DNA from: Balanoglossus misakiensis
Lineage: Eukaryota; Animalia; Hemichordata
Length of the DNA: 64,000 bases
Reading direction: 5' to 3'
Assembly (NCBI GenBank): GCA_040954595.2
Contig: CM082593.2
Coordinates: forward strand, 6,020,072 to 6,084,071
Shown: piece after piece, positions 1 to 13,009 of the stretch
Position numbering within the stretch: the first letter of the stretch is position 1
Layout of the letters: every line of letters starts with the position of its first letter
Made by a program: the position numbers and the translations under genes
Notes under the pieces: generated by a model
Told to the model about the DNA's origin: nothing
What the model saw: the letters and a program-made list of their open reading frames with translations, nothing else
The model's database searches: none

Positions 1-222
1 CAGCAGTTTGACTATTTCCATCAAACCTGCAACGTGATGATAGAATGGACGATTAATTGACTTATACAACATCGGAGTCTCAGAATAAAAGGATGAGGAG
101 ACTGGAATTATGAGTGTACTTTGAGAAGACGGAGGGTTGCTAAGGGACGTGGAATTGGTACTTTCATCCTTAACCGAGTTACGCTAACCACGATCCCGCC
201 ACACACGGGACGGTGCACTTAC

Positions 223-521
223 CCTTTTCTGCAGCGATGTGCAGTACCGCCATTCCGCTCTTCGTTCTCATACCAGCGATGGTTCCCTTGTACTCCATCA
301 GTAGCCACATGCAGATGACCACGTGACCGTTGATGGCGGCCAAGTGCAGCGTCGTCAAGCGATCGGCGTTGCGGTCGCAGGCGGCGTCGAGGGCGTTCTC
401 TTCCGTCGTGAGCAGCATCTGCAGGCACTTGAGGTTCCCGCTGGCCGCCGCCACGTGGACCGCCGTGTCCTCTTGCTTGTTCTTGGCCCGTTTCGGTATA
501 CACGTGTGCGTCAACAACCAC
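223..521 (-). CDS. Ankyrin-repeat protein (espin-like), coding exon 2; gene continues beyond the left edge
   Basis: Acceptor ctcctacag|G and donor AAGG|gtaagt; phase 2 start matches the previous exon. Encodes WLLTHTCIPKRAKNKQEDTAVHVAAASGNLKCLQMLL..TTLHLAAINGHVVICMWLL..MAVLHIAAEKG, about 3 ankyrin repeats; spacing resembles the espin N-terminal ankyrin array (recalled, not searched). Confidence 0.85.
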
Positions 522-1749
522 CTGTAGGAGATGAGGCCAATTCATGAAATATGGTACATATTATATAGCTCATGTTTACACTGACTGTGTTCGTTTTCAA
601 TATCTTGACATCGGAAATGCCTACCGTCTGCGACAAGTCAGGCTGTCCAGAAATCCAACCGTAGACATGAAATGAAAAGACAGGATACTACAAAGTCGCA
701 TAATTAAATTTGATAACAAAATGTAGACCGTTCAAAGATTTTTGTCTTCTAGTTTCTTTTAACTTTTCCCTCCCTGCCGACCCATCTTGTCATCAATTGG
801 CCTGTGCGAGGACAGAGACAATAAAAAAAGGTAACACCAAAGCGAGTTTAAAACGATTCTTCTCAGTGCGTAAACGGCCCCAGGGGAGTCATCTACAGGG
901 AGTCTGGATTGTTCGGACAAATGCGGATTCACAAAAGATTGACCTTGTCGGTGTGATTGTGTGTGGTTTATGTCATCCGGGGCCTCAAAGAAAGTGGTCC
1001 GCGCGCACACAGATGCGCAGTGACCACGGGCACGCTTGGTTGGCCAGTTCATGAATAATGGATTCCAGCCTTGGTTTTCTCGACCCCGAGTCGGTACAAT
1101 CATTGCGCTGAAAGCATTAACCTTTTGGGTTTCAACCTTCCGGATCGATTACTCGATTGAAAATTTCAATCAAGTAAGCCAAGGTACTGGTTTGTTAGTA
1201 GGGAGGGACAATTCGGGCACGGAGGGGGAGGGGCTTAATTAAACGAAAGTGGTATTTACATGGATATACTCGTTGCAAGTTAGCCTATGACTAGATCGAT
1301 GGCAATAGGCTGGTCAGTTCACAGATTAAATACACCACTCCGGTTGAACTGATGGGTGTTTGGCATATTCAGCATTTCTCGATGTGAACAAATAGGGGTG
1401 ACTTCTGACCCCCCTGTCCAGGTGATTTCTCCAAATTGTGAGTCTCACCGGACGGAGGCATTTCACCTCATGTTAGATCATCAATCCCGACCCTGGATTT
1501 TCCAATTAGCTCGTCCTTGATTGATGGCAGCAATTAAGGTCTTGCTTACAAGCTTTAGCCATTGGAGAGTGCGTTGAAACAGGCCTACCATGTATTAGAA
1601 ATAATGGGTGTACTGTACGTGCATTGATTACAATATAATGTACACGACCGCGAAAGATACAGCATTATTGATATCACGTTATTAATCTTATGTTAAAGTT
1701 CTTTGGCCAATTTCTCAAGCTAACATGTTGTGTAAGATTGTACACTTAC

Positions 1750-2006
1750 CTGATGCAGTCGCCTTTTCCAGTTTTGGCCGCCACATGTAACGGCGTGTTG
1801 CCGTTCACATCCAACATGGGAACACCTTCCTTTTCGAAAATGCTCGGGAACGAGTCGACATCTCCGGTGTAAGCCGCTCTGTGGGCCGGCAGGTTGACGT
1901 AGACGAACGCCGTCTGGCCAGCTTCGACGCGAGTGGCGTCGTCGGAGGTGGGTGCTGGTAACGGCGTCCTGACGTCCTCGGCGGTCGGGTTGTTGCCGTC
2001 CGTCAT
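1750..2006 (-). CDS. Ankyrin-repeat protein (espin-like), first coding exon
   Basis: ATG at 2006 with an in-frame TAG upstream; encodes LPAHRAAYTGD..DVNGNTPLHVAAKTGKGDCIR; donor CAG|gtaagt. An acceptor (ttctcttcgcag|) at 2078/2079 implies a non-coding upstream exon. Confidence 0.85.
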
Positions 2007-3174
2007 CGTGGATCCCGGTGTTTGTGGACGGTACCCGAGCGAGTGAAAAGCCTATGACCGTGGATGACCCGAGAATTCCTGCGAAGAGAATAAAAAGGCG
2101 GCCTTAGAATAATATGCGGTGAGACCGCGGGGCCATCATTAAACCCAGTAGCAGCGTGAGCTGCGTGGTTAATACGACTCAACCCCTCCGCAGAGTCGAA
2201 GCGCCTTCTCAACGAGTTTCTTTACAAGTTTTAATAAAAGGCGCATAATACAAAAGTGGGATGACCCCGAGAGGTCACAGAAAGACTGTACTGCTGAATG
2301 GAATGACCCAAATTACCTCTTCAGCATACCCAAGGTTTTATATTGATGTCCCATTACACCACTGCAAAACTAAGAAACTATTTATAGGTAAAACAGACTG
2401 AGTGTTGATCAACACAACGTACATGGTTTTCAGTAATTCCTGTTCATGAACTTAAATTTGAGTCATTTAGGCTAAAATTAAAGGCATTTGAGGACGTGTA
2501 TTGTATCATCTCACCAAGTTCCCTGTTATATGTGTTATTAAAGTACAATAATGTTCATTTTCATTAGATCTCGTGGATGGTATACATAGTTTGAGGTCAG
2601 AGTCATGTTCTGTATGGGCATAGCAACAGGTGGGACGCTGAACTCAGTGTCTGAGCCCAAACTTTCGGTCATTTTCTGTGGTCTTTTAACATTAACAGTT
2701 GACAGAGTTCCCGAGTCGTAAATTTTATGACGTTGTAAAGGTGAAAAAAAAGTGCGGAGGGTAGAAGTCAAACGACTGAGTGTGGAGCATAAAACTTTTG
2801 AAGACAAAAGCAATCGTTGTCGAGTTGGAATTAACGGGTCGTGATACCTGGTTGGTTGTAGTGGTGGCGGTGAAGTCTTTGCACTCGTAATATCAGAATG
2901 GGCGTCTCGGCTTTCTTAAGATGCGTGGGCGAAAGTAAATATCTTACGACAAAGACCCGAGTTGTTTCAGAGGGTGTTGCTCGCAATTAACGCTGTAACT
3001 TGACTAGCACCACCCAAGGCATGCGCACGTAGTTATTAAAAGTAGATCACCCGACAAATTACACCTTATGGAATCTCGAACCTTGTTGGTATATTTGAAA
3101 CTATTGTTTCGCGGCGTTTGATACCCTCTTCTTGTGTCTCATTTCCTCTGTCAAGTGTTATGTAGTGTTTGTCA

Positions 3175-3226
3175 ATCTGTCTGTCTGTCTGTCTGTCTGC
3201 CTGTCTGTCTGTCTGCCAACCTGTCT
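3175..3226. repeat. (TCTG)n imperfect tetranucleotide microsatellite
   Basis: tctgtctgtctg run seen directly. Confidence 0.9.
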
Positions 3227-6200
3227 GGTGTTGGGCGTGCCCGAAGTGTTACCAATGTTACACTGTCACAATGCAAATAAATCAGTCACACCATCTTCGT
3301 AAATACGTGGTTCATTCCTCATAATATTGATGGTTTGAACAGGGATCTTTGACTACGTCGACCAACTCAAGAATTTTAAGTACACTTTGGGTGGGAGAGG
3401 GCAAATGCATTTGTCTTGAAGAATTGCAACACAGCGCACAGCAACAAATCACTGTAATGCGTGTGGAAACAATTACAGGACTGTCACATTACATTGTGTT
3501 TTAGTCATAAACAACTCTCTCTCTAAAGTTTTCGATTTAACATTGTCCATTGTGGCTGCGTCTACACTCTCCCTAAGACGTTGAAGCCACCTTGCAATTC
3601 ACAGTAAAGAAGGTTTCTGTCAACCAAGACCCGAAACAGATTTCGATCGGATCGAGTTCTTTAACGCTCATTCACGGGTCAGAAGCGTTCAATTCATCGG
3701 GAAGAATTGGTTTAGATGGGCGTGTAGAAGTGGCCTATATAAACCTCTTTTTAGAAAATCTGAACTTCACGTGCTCTGTCAAGCTTGTGCGATGATTGAA
3801 AAGTAACTTGGTAGGTGTCAGTATGATTATCCAGGGGAGGGGGGGGGAGAATTTGTAATGTGCCCTTTATGTCGTCTCCACCAATCAGTCAACGCGGGTC
3901 ACGGTTCTGTGCAAATGGAGTTTACGTAAAAGTACCACGCGGTACCATGTCTTGTATTGCAACATTACAAGTCGTGTCAACACTTCACTCTGCCCAGATT
4001 CTACTGTTAATAAGATTTCGTTTGCTGAGACACCGCGTTGTGGCTTAGTGGCCCCAGCACAATATACACAGAGAATAGATCATTGTATGTTCGTCCAAAC
4101 AACCAAACAGAAGGAACACTGTTCAGCTGAGAAGAAAAGATATGCCCTCAACTGTGAACACCCAACGATTATTTTGTGCGTTAGGCGCGTTATAACTAGC
4201 TTACAACCTATGTAAAACTCTTTGAAATTTAGGATTTACCAATTATTCTCGTGCGAATCTGAAATTACACATCTCGGGGTGGGCTTTTCAATTCTGTGTT
4301 TTGTTTGTGCATTGACAAAGAGAAATCATATGTCATCACATAATTTGTCCATGGATCCACTTAAACCGACGTGTCAATAATTTAATTTCCATGTGAATGG
4401 TGACCGAGACAAATATACTTTCTAATGTCAATATGCAAGTTTAGAGGGTGGTCGAAAATTGGCGTGAGTCACTGACCAACTCCGTGTTTTTAGCTGAACG
4501 AGATGATAGTTAAAATTTGTCCATGACCCGATTGATTCATTGTTTTGCGAAGGTCACGTTCTTTAAACAGCTCGTTTTCTTTTATGTCTTTAAGTAAGGC
4601 GTTTAGTTGGAAAAGTACTCCAGTCCACAAAATGGCCGACTTTGATCTTTAAACATCGTCGTCCAGTGGTCTTGTCATCTGTCATGTGACTTAAATGTTG
4701 CACCTATACATAAAGGTACATAACGGTTTCATAATTGAGTTCAGACAATGCGGAAATCGTCTTACGGTGCTGTATTATGCCAGCTTCGCGGGGTTGCTTT
4801 TTTAAACGTCGTACAACACGACATGCCACTCGATGTATGACGTCACTTACGAATTTCAACCCTGTCGTCGCTATTGTCATTGGAACCATGAGTTGTATGC
4901 AAATGACAGCTAAAACTGAAACCGCACTTCTCGTAACTGATTTCGGTGTTGGATATTTCCGGTTTTAAATTTGTTACTGTTAATTGTCTATTGATTTGCA
5001 TCGCTTCTAATGAATAAATACACGATAATAACATCCGACCTAAGTGTAATAAAGGTTTGCATAATGGTTTTATTTTAATACAAGTGCAACAATTGCAACG
5101 AATGTTCATAATAGTTATTGTCTTTTACGGTTTCGTGGAATGAACATGTCTAGTCATTCTTGCTGGGGGGGGGGGGAGTCACGGCAATACAAGTCGTAGA
5201 CAGCAAAGTAGTCCATAGTTATAAAAATTATTGCCTTTGTTATGTAGGAACCACCTGTTGCGTGTAGTTATCTAGCTTTGGAATATGATAACATTACAAC
5301 GTTGCTATGAGCGTGAAAACATCTAAAAGCATGTTATCGCTGAGAGGTGCTTTACAGAGGGGCGTATCTTGTGCTTTGCGTTGATGCAGTGAACTCTGCT
5401 TTCTCGCCGAGGGGATAACAAACAACAGCGTTGTTTGTTCGTGGTCACCCATGCCCGAAGTCGAGTACGGGGAATTCATATATCACTTCTCACTTTCACA
5501 CGCTGTCTCGGACTCTCGTCGGGTTCTCTGCGCCAGTTCGATGAGAAGCGAAGGGCGAGGGTTTTGAAAACGAAACACATGAATTTTTCAGTTTTCATGG
5601 CAGCCGTGTAATATTATTACCTTGTGTTGGGTGGGATTTAGGGATAAACCCCCGTTTTTAAAACTTTGATCTCTCTGCTATCGACATATGTAATAACCTT
5701 CACTACCGTCCATAACGTTACTGAGCGTCAAAATGGCGCAGTCCCCCGCCAGCGGCCATTTGTTATTGAACAGAGGAATCACATGTAAACACCAGCGCCG
5801 TTGACTAATTCCCAAAGAAGGCAGTTAGAGAGCAGACAACTTTATACTTTTCTCAAAGACCATGGATCCATGTCGAAATTCACGACAATGGACTGTTCCG
5901 ACATAGCCAAACAATCTCGGGTTTATGAGGTAGTCTTTGATTTCCCAACCATCAATGATGCTGGGGTCAGCGATCGATAGAAACACAGCTTGCGTTGAAG
6001 GCCCACAATTCTATTGAATTCCTCAACTAACACAGTCACACAGCGAGAATAAAACAACCACATATACGTGACACACCTAGGTTTTCAATGCGTGACAAAC
6101 TCCACCCAAAGCCGAGAAGAACGGACATGGCCAGATTTGTTTACACAAAATGTCAAGTTGACGCACAGTGGGGGAAATTAAAGGCCTATCGTCCAGTGAC

Positions 6201-6658
6201 ACACACTACCAACCTGTCTATCAGCGCATATCCAGCACACCGTGTCAAACCAATCCACTTTTCCCGCTTTCCAGTTATCTTTCTACAGTTCTGAAATCTC
6301 CGTGTAGTAGTCACAGATCGCAGAGGCAGACTAACATCGAGAACAGGGGACTTCAATGCTTCTGATGCGCAACCGACCCGAACACTGACCTGTCAGTGAA
6401 TAGAGCCCACTATTGTCCCACGCTCTCTGTGCAGTTTGTCGCGCACTGCTTTCGTCACGCTCGCCTTAATTCCCCTGTTCAATAGCACTCGTTTGCATGG
6501 GTCACAGGTGAACTTGCGTAATCATGAACATTTGATAAGGCAGCAGCAATGAATCAAATTTGTAGTCTTCGTCTTCTTACTGTAACGATAGAGAGAATGT
6601 CGATTTTCGAAATTTTCACTATCATTTTGACAATGTAGTTGAATCACTGTTAGTGTTT

Positions 6659-6665
6659 GAGAGAG

Positions 6666-6706
<41 letters not shown>

Positions 6707-6714
6707 TGTGTGTG

Positions 6715-6787
<73 letters not shown>
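6659..6787. repeat. (GA)n microsatellite, interrupted
   Basis: Long GA run with short gttt/gtgt interruptions. Confidence 0.97.
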
Positions 6788-6790
<3 letters not shown>

Positions 6791-8533
6791 TGCAATGTTT
6801 GGCTGTGACGGAAAGGTCATTTCTCAAATTAGTTCGTGGTATGTCTCCTTGTACATTACAAGAACAGACACTAACAACTATTTTTCTCATTCATCTAGGG
6901 TCACTAAGGCAGAGTGGTGGAACGACGTCACAAAAGCAAACCCAACTGAATACAAAGAAGCAGCGTCCAGCGACGAAAAGGTATTGTTGCCAGGGGTAAC
7001 ACACCCATGAAAGAATCTGACACTATATATTTTGCAGTGACCCGAATGGAACAGATTCTTTCATTCACGTCACTATATGCATGTTGACTTTTTTGGTCAA
7101 AAATCACTGTGTGTGAGTGCGGATGTGTATGTGTGAGTGTATATGTACACTACATCCCGGTTGGCCAATAATCTTTGCCATTCGTCGTTGAGGGTGCATA
7201 TTCTTTCACGGATAACTATGAAAATTCCATTGGTTGCGAGTCATGTGCGTTCACACATTCGTACGTGCCGTTATTCGTGTCCCTTCTTTCATAGGACAAC
7301 AACAACGGGATAAATATCAAATGAAACGATTCAAACGCACAAGTATCGTGTTTTCTTTTGAATTTTAATATGTACCCTATACTGTGCATATCCCATAATA
7401 TCTTACAACATCTGGTGTGATTGTACACAGTGAGACGGGCAAAAATCTGTACAATGAAAATAAGAAAAAGGTAATTTTAATATTGGGAATGGTTAGATAG
7501 AGAAATAGGTGACATAAACTTAGGTAATAAGTTAACAAAAAAGTGATAATGAAAAATTATGATATTTAATATATAATTTTTATACACAATGAAAATGAAT
7601 ATCCTGAATGCATACTAATGAAGAGTGGCAGTTATATCCAATGCACTGGAAACATAGAATAAAGACTCTTTAACCGACTTATATTTGCAGCTTGTATCGG
7701 AATTAAAATTTCCATCTCTATAAAGCTGTTGTGATGGCAACGTATTTTAAGTCATGAAATGTACACAAGTGCAGCTGCTAAACACTAGTTTCCATGGTAA
7801 TATATATTTGTTATTTAGGCATAACCCAAACTTTTGTATATGCTTATAGGTATGTACATACTTGCTAGTAAAAAGGTCTTAACAAGAAAACAAAACATGT
7901 AAGAGCTTGAGAGAAAATTAATCTCGTATCTTCAAAATCGATACAGCAAACTTTTCCTCTTTGTGCTCAGAGAAGAATACATTCCCTTTAAAATGCATTG
8001 AACTCAACCCATCATCGTAGTTTTGACTCCCAGATTTCTGAAAACTTCGAATCTCGCATTATACTGGAGATGGAACGTTGTTTATACAACACCTCTCCCT
8101 TGACTTCCTGTTTGTTGCAATGCTCGGATGTAATATGGCGGATCGGAGGTCACCCAGGGTCACGACAATGTCCAATCACAAGAGAGGTCACGTCACAAAA
8201 AGTTCTGCTGGGTGGACTGGTCTTGAGTCGAAATGGACCCCGTTCATGAAGACGAATTGTGCGTCAACAGAAATACTGGAACGTCGGCAATTTCATCATC
8301 AGGTCAAACTGGTGTCCTTTCCCGGAAGAAGCGTGTGTTTGCAAATTTGTGGGGTTCACTGCCCGAAGTAAGTGTGGAAAACAGCGGGTTATCACCGTCT
8401 GGGGACGTGTTTATATCGCTCGCTGCGCCATCATACTTCGGAATAGATTAACATGAAACTCATTCATGGAAAAAACGCTACATGGTGACTTTGGGCATAC
8501 GTCACATTCTACCGGCTGACGCAAGATACGAAT

Positions 8534-8539
8534 TTTATT
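8534..8539 (-). terminator. Candidate poly(A) signal of the ADAMTS gene
   Basis: AATAAA on the minus strand about 380 nt downstream of the stop; more distal sites not excluded. Confidence 0.35.
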
Positions 8540-8920
8540 GAAACCACCCTTGAACTTCAATTTACTGTCAGATTACAGACATATGAGACAATCAACACAG
8601 AACGCACTGGTAAACACTGAACGGATTGCTTACATCATTCATGACAGAACACCGGCCAATCAAAACTCAGATATCAGACCCTGGGACGACTGAGACCAAT
8701 CACAAGACACAAATCAAGGCCATGTGACTCTGGGATAATCACATGACAGCGCCCACTGACCAATCGGAGATAAAGTCACAGGACTGCCTCAGGCTGCAGT
8801 TAAAATACATTAGGTTCAAGACTTGTCAAGCTATGACCAGTTCTTGAGTAATAAATATATACAAGTGAATGCATATTTCAGTAAGTGAGGTCTTTGTTAA
8901 AATATGTACACAGTTGAACT

Positions 8921-9060
8921 TCACGGCGATGGTGACGATGTTGGCACATCGTTGCATGTCCTGCAGCACAGTTTACTGTAGCCCGGAAGTGAGCAGTATT
9001 CGTTGAGAACTTCCAAACTACAGAATATTGACTTGTCTCCGAGACACTCATTTTCAGCCC
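8921..9060 (-). CDS. ADAMTS3: ADAMTS2/3/14-like exon 23 (PLAC domain, stop)
   Basis: tttcag| then [45 protein letters not shown]; PLAC motif typical of ADAMTS2/3/14. Confidence 0.95.
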
Positions 9061-9272
9061 CTGAAAGAAAACAAACACAATGGGTGAGAAATACAAGTTC
9101 GACTTTTGGCTGCTAAATTCGTAGCAAGTGTCATAGATGATTGTGTGTTTGGTCGGTTGCCGGACACGTGGACAGTCCCTGTGATTAGACCAGTTTTGCC
9201 AGTGGGCCGACAAATTTAATTTTAAAGACATGATTTGCGGGACGGTGCGGAAAGTACAGCCGATGACTTTAC

Positions 9273-9411
9273 CTGCACAAGGCCCGGCATCACATGACCT
9301 GGTCTCTTCTGGTCTGGGATAGTCGTCACATTGCCAAGAGACGGCTTTTTTGTTCGGATACCCACAAACCACCTGTCTTCGTTGTGTTCCAACTCCACAC
9401 GATGCAGAACA
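9273..9411 (-). CDS. ADAMTS3: ADAMTS2/3/14-like exon 22 (TSR4)
   Basis: ttgacag|CSASCGVGTQRRQVVCGYP..RPEETRSCDAGPCA|gtaaag. Confidence 0.95.
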
Positions 9412-9546
9412 CTGTCAAGAGAATAGAAGACATTTTTGTGTCTTTATATGATATTTAGCGACGTATATCGATAATTCATACGGCCATACCTGCCTCTACA
9501 TCAACATGATTGTTTTAGAAGGCAATAGATTCCAAGAAGTACTGAC

Positions 9547-9757
9547 CTTTGACCATTCGCCAGTTTGCCAGTATGCCGGGCATGCGTGCCTGTTACAGGC
9601 TTGCCGATTGGCTGGTTTTCCACCCCTGCAGTGACGCTGGTGGACTGACGTAGTGACGCCATTCTCCGTTCGCATACAATTGACATCGCGAATCTGCCAT
9701 CCTGCGTTTCCACAAGTCTTGGAACAGTACTCCCATTCGCTCGTAATCCAATCGTAA
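9547..9757 (-). CDS. ADAMTS3: ADAMTS2/3/14-like exon 21 (TSR3 and start of TSR4)
   Basis: tttacag|YDWITSEWEYCSKTCGNAGWQIRDVNC..CNRHACPAYWQTGEWSK|gtcagt. Confidence 0.95.
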
Positions 9758-9915
9758 CTGTAAAAGACATCACGATGACCAGGTTAGTACTATGCACGTG
9801 TGTCGCCAACGACGGCAATCTACTATCAAAATCAGCTGTAGATATAGCTATTCGTTGTAAGGCGATGTCTGATTGGTCGCGGTAATCCTGGCCGAAGCCC
9901 GCCATCAAAACCTAC

Positions 9916-10051
9916 CTGGCGGTTTCACAAGGTTGCACGTTACAACTTCTTCTCCTGTCCTTCTGTGGTTGGGTTTTTGCATTGCATAATCTTTTACTGA
10001 CAGTTTTCTTGTCCGTCTTCCTCTGACAGATCAATTTGAAGTACTGCTCGC
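9916..10051 (-). CDS. ADAMTS3: ADAMTS2/3/14-like exon 20 (TSR2)
   Basis: tttcag|EQYFKLICQRKTDKKTVSKRLC..RRSCNVQPCETA|gtaggt. Confidence 0.95.
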
Positions 10052-10337
10052 CTGAAAACATGAAATAATAACGCAAAAAATCATCAATCAATCACTGTTC
10101 GTGCATAATGAAAAATCCAGTGTCATAATTTTATCTAACACGAACAGAGGTCTGAATTGGGTCTAACGATATGATAGGGGTGTACACATATAAGGTATAG
10201 GTTTGTGATATGTTGTTAAGGGAATTCGCCGCATAAATGGATAAAGATACGTCACATTCAGCATCGTAGCATCAAATTTGGCGCCGGCGCCAAATGTAGC
10301 AATAAATGCAGCAGACGAGACTACACAGGAGACTTAC

Positions 10338-10524
10338 CCCCATCGCACGGCCTACTGCACTGCGACCAGCCCATTTCCACCCAATTGAACCTCGAGTTGG
10401 CGTTGGGTATCCTGTTGGCTACTCTTATATTGCTGTTGCCATCTTTGACTTGGGATTTTTCCACCGTGTATTGGTATGAGACCTTCATTTCGATGTTCTC
10501 TTCTTCGTCCGCCATCGTTCGCAC
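10338..10524 (-). CDS. ADAMTS3: ADAMTS2/3/14-like exon 19 (end of spacer, start of TSR2)
   Basis: ctacag|VRTMADEEENIEMKVSYQYTV..FNWVEMGWSQCSRPCDG|gtaagt. Confidence 0.95.
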
Positions 10525-10771
10525 CTGTAGATGTAATTAAGAAGTAGGTTAAAGAATTTCTCGATCCCACGAGTATTCACGTGTTCTCCAGCATAGTTTT
10601 CACCATCGTCCGCTCGCCAGGTCGTTGGCTCGACCACAGTCTCCCTAAGAGCAAGACATTGGCGGGCGAAGATGAGTTTTATTTCTTTCCTTCATCTTTT
10701 TCATCTTAACCCCAATTCACTGGAAAGCAGTGGCCACATGAACTCACGGGAAGATAAGTGCGTGAACTCAC

Positions 10772-10938
10772 AAGAATGACGAGATCTGCCGAGAGTGGCC
10801 CCTTGGCCGTCAGTCTCTCTCTGTCGTGTCCCACGGAGAAGTGGAACAGAGTTCCCGCCGCCACAAAAGTGGCGCCATCTTCGTCGTTTATCGTCTCTCC
10901 CTTGAAAATGTATCGGCCAGTCTCTTTGTCTTTGACAG
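10772..10938 (-). CDS. ADAMTS3: ADAMTS2/3/14-like exon 18 (spacer)
   Basis: attcaag|VKDKETGRYIFKG..FVAAGTLFHF..ERLTAKGPLSADLVIL|gtgagt. Confidence 0.93.
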
Positions 10939-11138
10939 CTTGAATTGAAAAAAAGAAGTCAAAATTTTAGGGAGATTTAATACAGTATCAACAATTACAC
11001 AATTGAAGCCGACTTCGGTAGTTGAACTTTTCGCCATTTTTGTTCGTTTTAACAGCCTTTCCGTTTCCAAATAGGCAAAATCTAAAATAATCACCAGGAT
11101 CACACGCTGTTAGGATTTCGTTCGATTGGCCTACTTAC

Positions 11139-11219
11139 CAAAACGATGCTCCGACGGCCGCGTTTCAAAAATATCAATATTGCGAGTCCCCTTGAATAGC
11201 GTTACAATCCGTTGATATG
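11139..11219 (-). CDS. ADAMTS3: ADAMTS2/3/14-like exon 17 (spacer)
   Basis: ctttcag|YQRIVTLFKGTRNIDIFETRPSEHRF|gtaagt; 81 nt, phase 1-1. Confidence 0.92.
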
Positions 11220-11575
11220 CTGAAAGAACCATGATAAACTTTGAATAATAGGGAAAATATAATCATATCTGATATATCTAAATGTGGCATTTAGTCGGTA
11301 TGTCACACAACATTGGCCACATACGCAACCTATTTTTGAACCCACAGAGTACATGTACTTTTTTGAATACAACTTCGATACTGGTGTAATCACACGCGTG
11401 TAAGGTTCAACCATTGTCTATATTTGTGAAATAATGAGATCGTGCATTTTTCATCTGCACTGCAGGTTGTCGTTTGGTCAAATTAACAGTGGTATGCATG
11501 GAACAAGACATGGAACAAGACAAGCAGACTTTGAAGAAAAGGTACGCGATTCTAGAGATTTTTGTTGATGCTTAC

Positions 11576-11696
11576 TTTTCCTTGGTATTTTAGCGTAGGT
11601 GCCAGTGATAGTTTCACACGACGTATTATCTCCATTGCAGACTCCGCAGTGGTCCTCTCGCGCTGGGGAGCCTAAAATATTGTCACAGCCAACAGA
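11576..11696 (-). CDS. ADAMTS3: ADAMTS2/3/14-like exon 16 (Cys-rich)
   Basis: atttcag|[40 protein letters not shown]|gtaagc. Confidence 0.96.
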
Positions 11697-12175
11697 CTGA
11701 AATGCAAGAGGTGAGGTAAAATTAGAAGCTATATATCATCGGTTAATTGGTGTGGTTTATATTACTCATCGCTGAGGTAGATCCCGTTTAGTTTCCACCA
11801 GTCTAGATTACAATCATCACGACTTGCATTGTCTGTGGTCTCTGTCTGTGTGACCCTTTCCAATTAATGACCCACTTCAAAGGCCAGTTTGCTCAGCCGG
11901 GGGCAGCACAAGGGCCAAATTTCGCCAAAATTAGAAGCGAGTCGACAGTAAAATTGTATGGAAATAGAATCCATCTGATGGGTCCTTGACGGGAATTAAT
12001 CCGCGAATCTGTGATCGAGTCTCCTTCGCGAAACTTTGGTGTGAAAATGGGTGTGTTCAACCACCACCCGTACTACTTGCTTCAAGTTGGGTTCATTGGC
12101 GAATTTTATAGTCACTGCGGTTATTTTGAGGTGTAACACACTCAAAGTACGGAATGAAGGGGAGAAATTACTCAC

Positions 12176-12309
12176 TTGACATTGACCTTGTACACATACG
12201 TCATCACCTTGGTCATAGGAACACCTGGTTCCGTCTATCACATTATAACTTGACACTATGACGTCATCGGTTTCCTGGGAGATACACGTAAGCTTGCACT
12301 GCAATGAAT
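12176..12309 (-). CDS. ADAMTS3: ADAMTS2/3/14-like exon 15 (Cys-rich)
   Basis: ctcctag|SLQCKLTCISQETDDVIVSSYNVIDGTRCSYDQGDDVCVQGQCQ|gtgagt. Confidence 0.96.
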
Positions 12310-12455
12310 CTAGGAGAGAAGAAACGGAGGACGTGCGTTCAAAATTTCGCTTGTTCTTAATTATGTAATTTCATTTTTTTAAAGTCAACATTTCCCTAAT
12401 TATTTTTATTTTGACATCTTACATCGCAGGTTGTCTAAAACGCGCCAAAACTTAC

Positions 12456-12567
12456 CGTTTTTATTTTCATGGGGTAGCCATGTATGCTTCCTATTCTTGT
12501 ACTTCCAGTTTTGGTAATTGTTTTCACACTGCTGAGCTCTGAAGTCCATGTTAGCATCTGGACAATC
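12456..12567 (-). CDS. ADAMTS3: ADAMTS2/3/14-like exon 14 (Cys-rich)
   Basis: gaacag|DCPDANMDFRAQQCENNYQNWKYKNRKHTWLPHENKN|gtaagt. Confidence 0.95.
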
Positions 12568-12680
12568 CTGTTCGCAAAAGTCGACAAGGATATTTATTTG
12601 TCATTGCAAAAAGAAATGAATATCCAACAATTCTCTTATATATTATATTTGTACTAAAGAGGGTAAATTATGCCCCATAC

Positions 12681-12744
12681 CTGTGCGTTGCAGAGTCTGA
12701 ATTCCACATTTTGCCCTTTGCAATCGTCACCAGAAATCGATGGC
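12681..12744 (-). CDS. ADAMTS3: ADAMTS2/3/14-like exon 13 (end of TSR1)
   Basis: atattag|PSISGDDCKGQNVEFRLCNAQ|gtatgg. Confidence 0.93.
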
Positions 12745-13009
12745 CTAATATGGGAGAAAAATGTAAGAAATGAGTCAATAGTGTGGTCGTATACTGGCAG
12801 TGGGTGAGGCTTTAGGTGAACAATCGTCCGCCATCATCAGCAAGATAGACATCAAACATTTTAAAATTCAAAATGGCCGCGAAATGATAAATTTTGTGGG
12901 TATTATTTGAAGTGAAGCAGGGTGGTAACTCTAGAGGGCGCTATCCAACCTGGTGGAATCGTAAGCCAAAAGTGTACACGAGGCGTGATATTTGTTATTT
13001 TTCACTCAC

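Noticed and set aside
6522-6999. ORFs with SL or RE dipeptide runs
   Set aside because: Translations of the (GA)n microsatellite.
8640-8790. Repeated CCAATC motifs in the ADAMTS 3' UTR as a promoter
   Set aside because: No associated exon or ORF found; more likely a degenerate repeat remnant.
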